Shown here piece by piece: positions 52,519 through 64,000 of a stretch of 64,000 nt of DNA. Positions within the stretch are counted from its first letter, which is position 1; each line of letters starts with the position of its first letter. The stretch is from Microthyrium microscopicum (Eukaryota), in the NCBI GenBank assembly GCA_010405405.1, contig MU004230.1, positions 3,320,627-3,384,626 of the forward strand, in the 5' to 3' direction. The translations under genes were made by a program, and so were the position numbers. The notes under the pieces were generated by a model. The model did no database searches, was not told where the DNA came from, and was given only the letters and a program-made list of their open reading frames with translations.

Positions 52519-53429
52519 TTTAGAAACACGCGTTGCAAAAGTTGCTCTGAGATATCTAGTTAGCGTGCTGAAAGACAGCCTAGCTCGTGGTAATGGGGTT
52601 CTTACCAGGGTGTAACAGATGGAGCGATATGAAAAGAAGTTGAGCGTAGTTTGTGGAAGATAGACGATGAAGTGCTTTGATAGAGAAAATCCAGACAGAA
52701 GGAGAAGAGTTGTTGTGGTGTGCAAGCAGAGAATATGGAAGATGGAGGGAACTGGGTAGGAAAGAAGTCGAGGAAGATGAAAACAATGAGGAGAGGCTAT
52801 ATACTTTAGGATCCAGTGCCCAGTGACTGGCCATCAACAAGCTTGGAGAACTCGATGACCAGGTTACTGTTCAAAAGTGAAAGTGCTATCTACCTATATA
52901 GGAGGTCGATTTGAGGTGCGAGCGGTCAGTGACAGAACCACGCGCAGAAAAGCGACACCAAAACAATCAACATCATCGCGGCTGGAATGGCGCGTCCAGC
53001 ATCTCCAGCGCAGCGCATTCATTCCTTAGTAAGAGTGACCTCGAGCTATTCGGAAGGGTTTAAGTATGGCATCGCCAGATTTGAGCCAGTATGAAGCGGA
53101 GATGACTTCAAGATTGATATAGCAAGGCCCTTTATGTAGCAATGGAGAGAAGTGCGCCTGGGCCGAGCGATATATTCTTGTACTAGTCATTAGCCACAAA
53201 CCATAATTCGAAAAGGGGTGTAGTTGCGAATAGAATAACATCATGGAGGTCGAACCCTCCATACCTTAGCCTGGATCCATTATCTTACGAATATCACAAG
53301 AGTTATACAGATGTTGTGCCAACTGTGTCATTGCATTATCTAATCTATACAAGTGGCAATAGTCAAATCCAGCAAACAGCTAATCAATATCCAAAACAAA
53401 CATGACCACAACATTCATTCCCAGTCTGA

Positions 53430-56429
53430 TCAAGAGGAGAAGTAATTAGCCACAGCCTTGGGTATATTGCGCGGCGACTTCCACAATGCCACGCCCACAG
53501 CAACTATAAGGGCAGCTCCGCCGACGGCCCAAAGAACATTGCGACGGTCTGGCTCTTGCTTCATATCAGATCGCTCAGTTTTTGAAGCCTCCTTGGGGAA
53601 CGATTTGCGACCGACTGTCTTCTTCACCATATGGTTTTCAGGGGTAGAAAGCTTCGATGAGCTGCTCGTGCTGTCCTTGTCAGATGAGTCACAAGGAAGT
53701 TGATTATCTTCTGGGAAAGCGACCTGGAACAATTTGACCTCTGCTTCCTTCTTGGCAGTAGTGGAGGATGGCTCTTCAGCAAGATCGGTTATCTGCTGCT
53801 TTTGGGGCTTATCGAGCTGTGCCTGTGTATCCGGTTCCATAACAGGCGTCTTGATCGTAACACGGCTTGAAGGCTCAAACTGAGCGATTGTAAGCTTATG
53901 GCTAATATGAAGTTGACCTTGGGCAATATGCTCAAATAACTTGCCTTGATCGTCTGCAAGCTCTGGAGAAACATCGATTGCTTCAAGAGTGGAGGGTATT
54001 TGTGCCGCAGGATCATCTAAGGATGCATCGGTGCTGTTGGGAAGATCTGTGTACAGTTCGATGTTTGACTGCTCTACGAAAGTAGTCGAAAGTAGAGTTT
54101 CGTTGGAATCGGCACCAGGTTCGACAAGAGGTTCTGGTAGTTTTACATCCGAGGATTCGACGGTATTACTCAAAGAGGCGCCATTTTCAACGATTAGCTC
54201 TGGTTCTTGCGAAGCAGAATCGATTGGCTTGTTGGAGACTATCTTGGACTCTACGCTGGGCTCGGGTGCTTCGGTTGACTCAACATCCATTGGCTCATTG
54301 CTATCGTCATAGGCTGTAACAGAGGAATCTGGACCTTCGCTAGATGAAGAACCAAGAGACTCAACATTGCTGCTGAGTGGGGACCCATCGTAAGAGAAGT
54401 TAGCAATCGGAGTTTCAACAACTGGAGCATCAGCCATTGGAGCATCCATCAATGGAGCGTCAACAATCGGAGCATCAACAGCTGGAGTCTCAACAATTGG
54501 AGATTCAACCTTCGAAAATTCAAGATCCGGAGCATCAGCATCTGGCATGGGCTCATCCTCAATGAGTACGACTGGCTCATGGTCCGAATCATCCAGAGAA
54601 ACCTCCAGAGAAACCAAATCTGGCACACAATCGTCTTCGTAGTCGTGCTCAATAGAAGCAACCACGTCCTCCTCTGAGACGCCCATTTCGCCATTATCAT
54701 TGTACTCGGTGTAAGCGGTTTTTTCGGTCAAGGCCTCTGTAGATTCTGCTCCAGTAGTAGCTTCGCCTACAGTCACAGATTCGACGACTTTTTCAGCTGC
54801 CTCCTTTGCGAGTCGAGCTGCTCGCTTCATCTTCCAAGCCTCAATGACGGCCTGCTTCTCGGCCTTTACTCGCTCAAGGCGTTCCTTTTCGAGTGATTCA
54901 AAATCCCACGAAGTTTTCTTGATATAGGCGCGGACATCGGCTTCTAATTCCGCGGCTTTCTGGTCATTTGATGTTTCCTTGACAGCTTGAGACCCTTCGA
55001 CAACTTGAGACACGTGCGCCGCTATCGACGCTTCGACATCTTCAGTCTCTCCAATTACCTCAGGCTCTCCCGAAGCCTGAGGCTTATCAGCAATTTGAGC
55101 CTCTTCAACTGTCATCGGCTCTTCAACAACTTGCTCGGTAGCCGGCGAAGATGGTGCTTCTGGCTCCTTTTGTTTTTCTTTGTCCTGGCGAACTTCATTC
55201 TTTGTCATGTCGTCTTCGACTTCCTTGGTAGCTTTGGAAGCCTGCTTTTGCTGGCGCTTAGTACGCTTTTTTGATGATTTTGAAACGGCTTTCGACCACT
55301 CCTCGGAGACGGATTCAAGCGAAACCTCCTGGGATATCTCATCATTTTGAGCAGGCGACTCAGAGACGGGGAGTGTCGACGAAACCTCTTCGACTGGAGT
55401 GTTAATGGCAATTGGTTGCGCAGAAACTGCCTCATTGTTGACAACAGGGGCTGGATCGACGACACATTTGTCAATCTCAGGGGTGTCAACAGTAGGATTA
55501 TCGGTGTTGGGGGTATCGACAACAGCGTTGATGTCCGAAGACAATTCAGCATCAGCAGATGCAGCCGCCTTAACACCATCGTTCCTTACCAGAGCCTTCT
55601 TTAAAAGATTGTCCTGATATTTGAAAGCCTTCAACGGCTTCGCCCCCCGACAATCATCACAAGTCCAAGCCTTCAAAGGTTCCACAGCAAGCTCCAGCAA
55701 CGTACGTGTTTTCATGCCTGCACAATGCAAGCCTTTATGAAAAGCGCGCTCACACTTCTGGCACTGGACAAAGACCAACTTTCCCCACTGCTGACCGTCA
55801 CAAGCGGCGCAGAGCTCACTGTCCAGATCGGCACGATAGTAGGGGTCGTGCTTTTCTGCCTCTTCCTGATGCTGGCGAACAAGTTTTGATAGGGAATCTG
55901 GCTTTGGCGGCTCATATGAAGCTTCACGGACTTGGGCTTCATATTGGACTCGCATGGCGTCGGGCATGAACGCTGGATTGAGATGAGTGATATTGGAGTA
56001 ACAGGTTTGCTCATGGTGGATTGGTAGAGGCGTTTCTTGAGATTTGATGGCCTTGGGCGAAACTTGTACTTGAGGAGCTTTGTTTGAGCGCCAGGTCAGC
56101 TCGGGGGTGATGGACTTTTGAAGTGATTTTTGAGGAACTTCTTCATCTTCAATGTCGTCTGCCCAATCAATATTGGTTGAGGACAACGAAAGTTTGGCAG
56201 CGGGCTTAGAAGCCTTCGCGGGCTGGGTGTTGATTTTCTTGGTCTTCTTGTTCCGCGCATATGGATTTATTGAAGCGCTATCAGAGGAATGGTTTTCGGC
56301 TGATTGTGATGGGACTGGAGACTCAGCTCGAGTCTCAACAGGAAGGCCTTTGGCGCCGAGAGTGACAGTAGCGGCAGCTTGGGCGCGCTTGGCCTGGCGG
56401 CGAGCACGAGTCTTTTGGTTGGAACCCAT
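53430..56429 (-). CDS. 999-aa acidic disordered protein with a PHD finger and a C-terminal transmembrane helix
   Basis: C4HC3 pattern CAAC...FVQCQKCERAFHKGLHC...WTCDDC. C-terminal RRNVLWAVGGAALIVAVGVALWK. Confidence 0.8.
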   Translation of the reverse strand: MGSNQKTRARRQAKRAQAAATVTLGAKGLPVETRAESPVPSQSAENHSSDSASINPYARNKKTKKINTQPAKASKPAAKLSLSSTNIDWADDIEDEEVPQKSLQKSITPELTWRSNKAPQVQVSPKAIKSQETPLPIHHEQTCYSNITHLNPAFMPDAMRVQYEAQVREASYEPPKPDSLSKLVRQHQEEAEKHDPYYRADLDSELCAACDGQQWGKLVFVQCQKCERAFHKGLHCAGMKTRTLLELAVEPLKAWTCDDCRGAKPLKAFKYQDNLLKKALVRNDGVKAAASADAELSSDINAVVDTPNTDNPTVDTPEIDKCVVDPAPVVNNEAVSAQPIAINTPVEEVSSTLPVSESPAQNDEISQEVSLESVSEEWSKAVSKSSKKRTKRQQKQASKATKEVEDDMTKNEVRQDKEKQKEPEAPSSPATEQVVEEPMTVEEAQIADKPQASGEPEVIGETEDVEASIAAHVSQVVEGSQAVKETSNDQKAAELEADVRAYIKKTSWDFESLEKERLERVKAEKQAVIEAWKMKRAARLAKEAAEKVVESVTVGEATTGAESTEALTEKTAYTEYNDNGEMGVSEEDVVASIEHDYEDDCVPDLVSLEVSLDDSDHEPVVLIEDEPMPDADAPDLEFSKVESPIVETPAVDAPIVDAPLMDAPMADAPVVETPIANFSYDGSPLSSNVESLGSSSSEGPDSSVTAYDDSNEPMDVESTEAPEPSVESKIVSNKPIDSASQEPELIVENGASLSNTVESSDVKLPEPLVEPGADSNETLLSTTFVEQSNIELYTDLPNSTDASLDDPAAQIPSTLEAIDVSPELADDQGKLFEHIAQGQLHISHKLTIAQFEPSSRVTIKTPVMEPDTQAQLDKPQKQQITDLAEEPSSTTAKKEAEVKLFQVAFPEDNQLPCDSSDKDSTSSSSKLSTPENHMVKKTVGRKSFPKEASKTERSDMKQEPDRRNVLWAVGGAALIVAVGVALWKSPRNIPKAVANYFSS

Positions 56430-57665
56430 TGTGTAGCGAGAAATGACTGTGAGCCGTTAGTATATAGCCGAGAAATGGTATATAATGAAACTTACAAGGT
56501 GGTAAAGAGCTTTGTGGTGTTGATGCGATCTGGATTGTTAAGAAAGGCAGGATTGGAATTGTGGACAACTTTGATAGTCAGGGGAAATGGTGGAGGGAAA
56601 CTGCGAAGAAGAGGGAGAGAGCTGTCAAAACCAGCAGGAGACTAAGTAAGATTCTCCAGGCCAGTCAATGACAGGTGAAGTCTCGTTGAAGTGAAAGTAT
56701 TTGAGGTTTTCGGGTCATTGAGGTGATGGTAGCGTCACTCGCTCGAGATATATGCACCTCATCGCAGCTCGTAGACAAAATATTAGGTGGACCATATAAT
56801 CCACGGCGATGATACTTGTGATATCCAAAGACGTGAAGGTGGCTAGATACAGTTGAAAGTATCCAAATGCACTTGTAGGTCATCCACGTGAGTACTTTGG
56901 AGACAAGTAGGAAGTCACTCCAAGTACAAAGAAAGCAGTTGTCCTCGACAGTGCTTCCACCTGAAGATGATCATTGAAGGGTGCTGGTTTGCCCAGTCCA
57001 GTATACCAGTGAGAATGGTTCGGAAGCCGGAAATGATACTGTCTTGTAGTATAGATCCGCGAGGTCGCAATGCTTCTATAAAAGAGTCGACTCTTGCGTT
57101 GACGCTGTCGGATGGCAGATCATGATTGAATCCAATGACAGAATCGTGTTATCGTAACGAAAAATCATAGTCAGTCAATTCCATACGCTGATAAATGTCT
57201 GTCGTTGTAAATCGCGTCAATAGTCAACTAAAATCAGCCTGTCAAAATCCACACGAGGCGCATATACCTGTTGCATGTCCGATATCTCACAGTGTCTTCG
57301 AGAAAGACGACCATAGAGACGCCGGACTGTATGGCGCGTTCAGTGCCGACCTAGACAGTGACTGTCGAGTCCTGTGATATCATCACAATGGAGTACCCGC
57401 CAGTCTTTGAGAGAAATCACAAATTCTTGCGCGTTTCAATCCCTAGATCATCAGTCATCCCTCAAACGTACCATCATGCTACACCCATAGAGGTAAATAG
57501 ACTACATTGAATAATACATGAATGAAGAATATGATACATGCTAAAACTTCGACATGTCTTGATAGTCCGCTTCCTAACGCCAGCGCTCCCATATATATTG
57601 TTATCCCAATTCAACTACGCGCAAATATTGTACAGCTATGAAGACAACGAGAAGGCTGGAGGTCG

Positions 57666-58083
57666 CTACATCGCGTTCGGCCAGGATAGAAATCTAAGCT
57701 CTGGGTTGCCCAACGCCTTATTGAAAGATGAAGATGCGTTGATTGAGTTTGGCCATGATAGGAATGATAACTCTGGATTTCCAAGGCTTGCGGATCGACT
57801 GGAAAGTGATGGCGATGCGGTAGAGGATGTGGAGGAGGAGTTTGTCCAGTTCACTAGAGATTTGTTAGTGCCAGTATGAAAAAGCAGTTGCTGCATTCTT
57901 ACAGAATGAAAGTTCAGGATTCCCACTTCCAAAGCTCACAGAATGGAAATGAACCCCCGAAATCTGACCCGCAAGAATCGGACGCGCAGTGGAAGCTACG
58001 ATACTACCAACAGTCGGCTTGAAGCTCTCAGGCGCCGGCGAAGCATAGTACGCGCTCTGGACGTTTTGAAAAGGTGGCGCCAT
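57666..58083 (-). CDS. Small 122-aa protein with three GNPEL(S/R)FLxWxN repeats
   Basis: Exons 58083-57903 and 57853-57666. The intron GTAAGA...CTAAC...TAG (57902-57854) falls inside repeat 1, and removing it restores GNPELSFLNWTN to match repeats 2 and 3. Confidence 0.75.
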
Positions 58084-59001
58084 TGTGTCTCGATCGCTAG
58101 AATACCGAATGCTTTCTATGTGATGATGGATGATGGGAGTTATGAGGTTGGGAGAAAAAGGTTTCGCGATGAGATGAGTCGTAGTTGCGACAGGTGGCTT
58201 TTAATATGTTGCACGGCCGTTTATATTGCTTTACCCCGGTATCATACATAAAGTACTATGTATAGAGAACAGCCGCGGACTAGGCCCGCCGAATTATAGG
58301 CGGGTTTGACTTTTTGGCGCAAGGGGCGCCTTGATTGTTTCTGCACTCTCATACATTTTCGATTCAGGGGTAAGGCAGAGAGGTAGAGGAAGGCTGAATA
58401 GGGACAGTTTGTGTATGAGGCTGAAGCCGCTCTTTTTACCACAACTCCTTATCTTAAGTAGCGCTATATAAGTAGAAGAAACTGAAGCAGTAGTAAATAT
58501 CAGAAAAGAAGTTTGATCTCATGATTCAAAAGAGATAAAGTCCAGAATACATCCGGCGTAAAATGTCGGCATTCTTACTCTCTGATTGGTCAGATTATGC
58601 TGGTACTCTTAGATCAACTTAGCTTCAAGCATTTGCATGTGAATATTGCTAGATGTTGAGAACAAAAGCAAACGAAATCCAAAAGAATGATTCCATGCGT
58701 TGGAAAGAGCTGCAACATGAGTCATTCTTACATTTCAAGCGTTGGTTTACAAGCTCGTTAGCAGAAACATAAATGGTTATTGATACATAGTACTGTACAT
58801 TTTATACTTTCCAAAAAGATTCAGACAGGGGTAGTTTGACGACGCGCGCTAGTCGGCTATATAACCAATCAAACACGCCATAATGCCTGACTTAGAATCA
58901 GTGCAAATCAAAAGGCCAAGCTAAACCACCTGGGGAAAATATATTCTTCGATGAACTCAAGGCTTGCAATGAACGAGACTTAGAGTGCCAGCGATGACGT
59001 G

Positions 59002-59089
59002 AAAAGCAAATAGTTTTGGGGAGTATAAGCATATTGGTAGAAAAAAGCAAACAGTTTTGGGGAGTATAAGAATATTGGTAGAAAAAAGC
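59002..59089. repeat. 41-bp tandem direct repeat (two copies plus a partial)
   Basis: AAAAGCAAA(T/C)AGTTTTGGGGAGTATAAG(C/A)ATATTGGTAGAA at 59002 and 59043. Confidence 0.9.
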
Positions 59090-60258
59090 GCTATGTATGG
59101 TAGTGGGAAAAGAGGCTCTTAGGGAGACGGTAGTGCAGCTTGAGGCAACAGTATCCCACCAAGAGCCCCACCATTCACCAACAGCCTAATAGGATCGCGC
59201 CTGCCCATGTTGACTACTGCACTCTGCAAGAGCTCATCGTGCCTTCCTTTTCTGTATGATATAGTTGGTAGCTGCTGCCATCCAAAAATCGACACTTTCA
59301 TCTCACTTGCTTCAAAAGTCGACGCTGAACTTCAAGTTGCTTCAAATTGCCTCAAGTTGCTCTCATCAAACTCCCTCAACAGTGTCAACACCACAGAACA
59401 GCAACGTCACCAGCAGCAACGTCACCCTCCTCAATTTTGGGCGGGTCGCAAAGCAAATCCTTACCATTTTGTTCCGTTAGCCTAGGCCTGTCAACCTGTC
59501 TACTACTTGGCTGCTAGCTGTTCTTTAAATCCAAGACTCAGTACTCTTACAGCCAAAGCTTGTCCTTGAACCTCCAACCAATTCGATTCGCACCTTACCG
59601 CTTTGGGTCTCTCCCACTCTTCAACTTCTACTCCCACCAAACCTTTGAACGACTATCTCCATCATACTCTGCCCATTTATTTCGCTACCTCCCTCTCAAG
59701 TCTGTCCCTCGCCTGGAAGTGTAGAGCGCAATCCCCTCTTCTCAACCAAATTTACCGCTCCTCGGGACCCTTCTGGCAACGGTCAGCGCGCTATTCTCTA
59801 TACAGGCTCGCGCTAGTGATTCGCCCACTATTGCTCTTTCTGCCTTGTTGTTACCCCCGGGATTCTTGATTCTTCAATTTTTACAGCAGTTTGCTCTGGC
59901 ATTTCTTGGGCTTTGAGTTCGCGCTGCCAAACTCTCTCCCGTCCTTTGCTGTCATTGCTTGCGTTGTTGGATCGCCCGATTGCTTTGCGCATTCCCAGCT
60001 GCATGCTTCCGGTGAGCCTGGCTGGCTATTTTCAACCTTCCGCCTAATACACGGCCAAGCCTATTGATATTCTGCTTGAATGCGCAAAACCCCAGAGGCC
60101 TTCTCAAGTTCAGAGCTTTTCTAAGGTCGGCCATCTCAAAGTACTACATTACGAGTTGACTATGCTCGCATAATTCCACCTCTCAACAAAGCCTGATGGG
60201 CCCGGCCTGAAATCCGTCCCCCATAACAGCTATTCCTGATTTAATTTTTAGTCCCCAG

Positions 60259-63200
60259 ATGGCCGACTCTGCTCAGGACTTCCAGCCTATGGATTTATCC
60301 ATTCCATCTAATCCCAATCCGCACACTCCCGATTCTCGTGCTCCTAGCTCCGCCCCATCACCACTTACCCGTGGTTCTTGTTCTGGTGATGAGGCTGACC
60401 AGTCTCATTCGCACAAGCAAAAACGACCGCGTTTAGATAGCGGCAGCATTGCTGTGCGTAGTCTCTCCGCGGACACCGTGCTCTCACCTTCTGCAAAGGA
60501 CTCTGACGTTGTCATGTTCCATCCACAGAGCGGCGATTCTGTACCACCTCCACCGGCCTCTCAGACCACAGGACCCAACAAGAATCACATAACCATTCTT
60601 TTCAAAAGTTCCTCTCAGAAATCTTCCACTGGAGCTACCGAGAACGATGATTTGGTTTCAAACTCACCGACGGACACTCGAAATGATATGCCGGGTCGTC
60701 CATCCACTCCATCTGCCATGATATCGGACGACATTGTTCCCTCCAAATTAGATCCAATCTCTGATGGAAACTCCGATACCACAATTCACAGCGCCCACGC
60801 TTCGACAGCGACACCCAAAACTCCCCCACCATCAGCTGGATCATATCTGAGTAATCTAATCCCTGGTTCGAGTTCAAGCGTCCCGATCGAGATTGAGGAC
60901 TTGGAGGATATTTCAAACGGCATGGATGCAATCGAGACAATAGAGGTGGAAGAAGACGACCTGATTGAAAGATACATGAACGAAATGCCATATCTGAGAA
61001 CAGACCACAAGCCTGAGTCACTGGCACGAAGCATCGCGAAACACCTTGATATCCCGGACATTGACAAGGACATAATCAACAGCTTCAGCAATTGGCTAGA
61101 GCTTCAAGATACGGATTTCAAGCAGCACAAGCGTCACTGGACGGACCTTTACCAGGACAATTATCTCATTTGGGAGCAGGTTGCTTGCATCCTCTCCAAG
61201 CTTTATCACCGAAAGTAAGTTGATTTATTGAACCATACTGAGTAACTACTGATCAGAACAGAGACTTTGGATCCAACATCGACACTGAATCACTGCCTCT
61301 AAAAGCACAGCAGCTTGTTTACTATCATCTCAAGATGGTGGGGCGTATGGTTGTCATGGACATCGAGTTCCTATCCACGTCTTCTGTTCTACACTATCCC
61401 CCGATCTCCTGCCTACATCTCGCGGCACTAAAATCTCTATTTGAGCCTCAAAACAACTTTCGAACACTCTTGAGCACAGTTTACAACCTGCCCTTTGACA
61501 AATATGAGCATGAGATAGCAGAAGAGTTCCTCATGGGCGATTGCGGCTTGCGGTACCTACCCACTCTCTTTCACATGCTACTTCAACAAGTGTCAACCAA
61601 TTTTGACCATGTTTCAATGAACATGGTTATAACTCCAATTCTTGGAATAATTTCTCTGACACTAAACATTGCTTTCAATGGAGACCATGCGTTGAGCACC
61701 AGACTTGCCCAGAACAAGTCTGATTGCATTCGCGTCGTGCATCAAGTATTCCGCGAATTGGACCGACGCTTAGACGAGAATCTCAATCAGCAAAACGATC
61801 CTTTGGCGACCGATTTTCGACGAGAGTCTCTTCCGATCATCGCAAACCTTCTACGTTTTGTAATGACTCACGACAAACAGTTGGCAGCTGAGCTGTTTAA
61901 ACATCTTGTTGGGTCAACAGACCTGATCGACGCTGCAGACTATCCGGCAGTTGCAGTAATGGCTTGGAAACTCAAGCTGATGAAGAAATACATCAAAAAT
62001 GGACGAATGGATCTGAGAGTCCTCGGAGCTGATACCATGGCACAAGATCTGGTCAATTTTTTTAATGAACATAAACCAGACAATAGTCCGATACGGACCC
62101 AGAATATCCCTCCAGCATTTCAGTGCATTGCTGCCATTCTTGTGGCTGAAAAGGTTGTTGACTATATCGTCAGTGTATCCTCTCACCCTCAGATTGTCTC
62201 GCGATCCAATAACATAATCGGGTTCCTTGTTGTAACCAACAATTTTACCAAAGAGAAATCGGACCTCATTTGGAACACTCTCGTCACCAGCAAGGATCCT
62301 CGAATGACTGTCACACTAATGGTAGCGCTCTGCAACGTCGTCAAGCAGCTTGCCAACGATGAGGAGACTTTGTATCTTTGTAAAAAGATGCTAGATCAGC
62401 CCATCCCGGTCATTGGTGTACCAGAGGCATCCCATCTAATCGCACAAACCATTGATCATGGCAGAAACACGGCAAATGACTCTGATTCTGACAGTGAAGC
62501 TCGACTGACACTGATGTTGTTGGCCATCAGCTTGATGCGCCAGTGTGCTCAATATACCATGCCCAATGGCCCAATAATCCAAATCCAAGATGCCGCTTTT
62601 GTGGTATTGAGAGGTCTCGCTGGCTCATCGTCGCCTGGAATACGACAACAGGTGTACAAGGAGTGTGTTGCTCAGTTTTGCGATCCGAGCAAGGAAGCCA
62701 CATCTATGCAAGCAATCTCTACAATCCTAAAGCTCAACGACGAAGACCTCGAATATGTCACTCAAGATCTTCAAGTAACACAGCTTGCAATGGACTCTTT
62801 TTCCAGACAAGTTGGAGAATGGAAAAGCTCATTGAACACTTTCCACGAGGCCAACATTCAGGACCAACTTGAGCGCCGTCTAGAATTGATACTTCACTTG
62901 TTCATCCTCAAGCCGGATTCTGTATCACCTACTGTGATTGACAGGTTTTGGGATAGTCTAGTGGGAAAAGATGCTGTCAGCGCCCCAGCTCGAGATTTTG
63001 CTTGGCGATGTCTGGAGAATACAGTCTTTCGGATGCCGCAATCAACAAAGTCTAATTTCTTGGATCTTTTGTACGAAAAATACATTCCTCGGGTCGAGCC
63101 CACATTTTACGTCAGTTCGTTTCTCAACTTTGCAGAGAAGATCGCCCTGTACAAGTTGAAGGCATTTGAGGCGGATGTCAGCGAGTTCACCCAAGTCCTT

Positions 63201-64000
63201 ACTTTGCCAGGGATCCAAATGATTTGGCAGATCATATTACAAACACCAGAACACGTTGGCCTTGAGAAGGCAATAAGATGTCTGACCGTGTTCCTCTTGG
63301 ACAAGCAACATATAGAGCACATCTCGGGTCGAAGTTTGGACGAAAACTATACTTTGCTCATAGCTCAATGCATCGAAACGATGAGAAATGCGTATCTAAG
63401 CACTCGAAAACAGCAGAAAGACAATGAGAAAATACGAGACAGTATGGACATTGCCGTCTCTGATGTACAGAATGCAAAGCACGATCCTTTGGAGTTGCCA
63501 AACCAAGGAATAACGACCTTCGTCCGAACTGCCAGTTTCTTGACGAGTCTGCTCAACTTCATACGCAACCAGCCAGACCTTTGTTCTCCTCCAAACGTTA
63601 GGCCTACCATTACGCCTACCAAAGAAGACGTGCACGAAGTAGAGTCTCCAAAAAATGCCCACCTAGCGACTAGCGAGGTTCTGCCTCAGACGGATCTGAA
63701 AATTGCGTATGAAGTACACAAAGAGAAAGGCGACTTGATGAACCAGTGGCTCATTGTTCGCGATCTTCTCACATGCAAAGAACTACACCAGTTCGTTACT
63801 AGAGTGTCTGGCCTACAGAACTTTCGACTCATCTGGGGTGGGAGAAGAGTTTCGTTGATGGAGACTCCCATGCTATCGCTACGCGATTTTGGGGCTTCAC
63901 TCAAAGGACGGATGCTGATTTTGGAAGATCGCTCTACCAACAGCAGTACCAGTTATGTCCCCGATTCTTTGCCGCAAGCCAACAGCCATTTTGAGAGAGA
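60259..64000 (+). CDS. USP34-like ubiquitin C-terminal hydrolase, N-terminal part (runs off the window)
   Basis: Exon 60259-61214, intron 61215-61261, then a frame that appears open to the window end. KRPRLDSGS..RSLSAD, GRMDLRVLGADTMAQDLV and SHPQIVSRSNNIIGFLVVT resemble fungal USP34 homologs. The catalytic domain is not in the window. Confidence 0.75.

Noticed and set aside
57538..57879. 113-aa plus-strand ORF with FGQDRN/FGHDRN repeats
   Set aside because: It is the antisense shadow of the spliced minus-strand repeat gene, whose intron restores a third repeat.
59002..59089. Direct repeats as a CRISPR-like array
   Set aside because: Simple head-to-tail duplication with no spacers, in eukaryotic DNA.

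Overview
Nuclear DNA from a filamentous ascomycete (Pezizomycotina), judged from GT-AG introns with CTRAC branch sites and a RIP-mutated AT-rich block. A Dothideomycete-like origin is only an inference. Bases 1 to ~5930 are RIP-destroyed repeat DNA. The rest holds about 19 protein genes, with exons worked out by hand. They are: a DHDPS-family aldolase, a homeobox/C2H2 transcription factor, a class II aldolase, a histidine-phosphatase (PGM-family) protein, a WBP2-like protein, a long disordered/coiled-coil protein, CDC42, a siderophore-iron MFS transporter divergent from a TRI101-like BAHD acyltransferase, a secreted protein with PHM-like copper motifs, two diverged YTH-domain paralogs, ERG27, a BIM1/X325-like membrane protein, three long tail-anchored disordered proteins, a small triple-repeat protein and the 5' part of a USP34-like deubiquitinase. 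The most striking unexplained feature is the ORF-free interval at ~8.8-11.6 kb. It is almost continuously base-paired, with nested long-range helices and G-U pairs favouring the + strand, and looks like a ~2.8-kb structured non-coding RNA that I cannot match to a known family. Other notable items are a single in-frame TAG splitting an 819-codon ORF (A-to-I editing, readthrough or RIP), the YTH pair hidden by introns, a PHD-finger protein with a C-terminal membrane anchor, and a BIM1-like domain that has lost its copper ligands.
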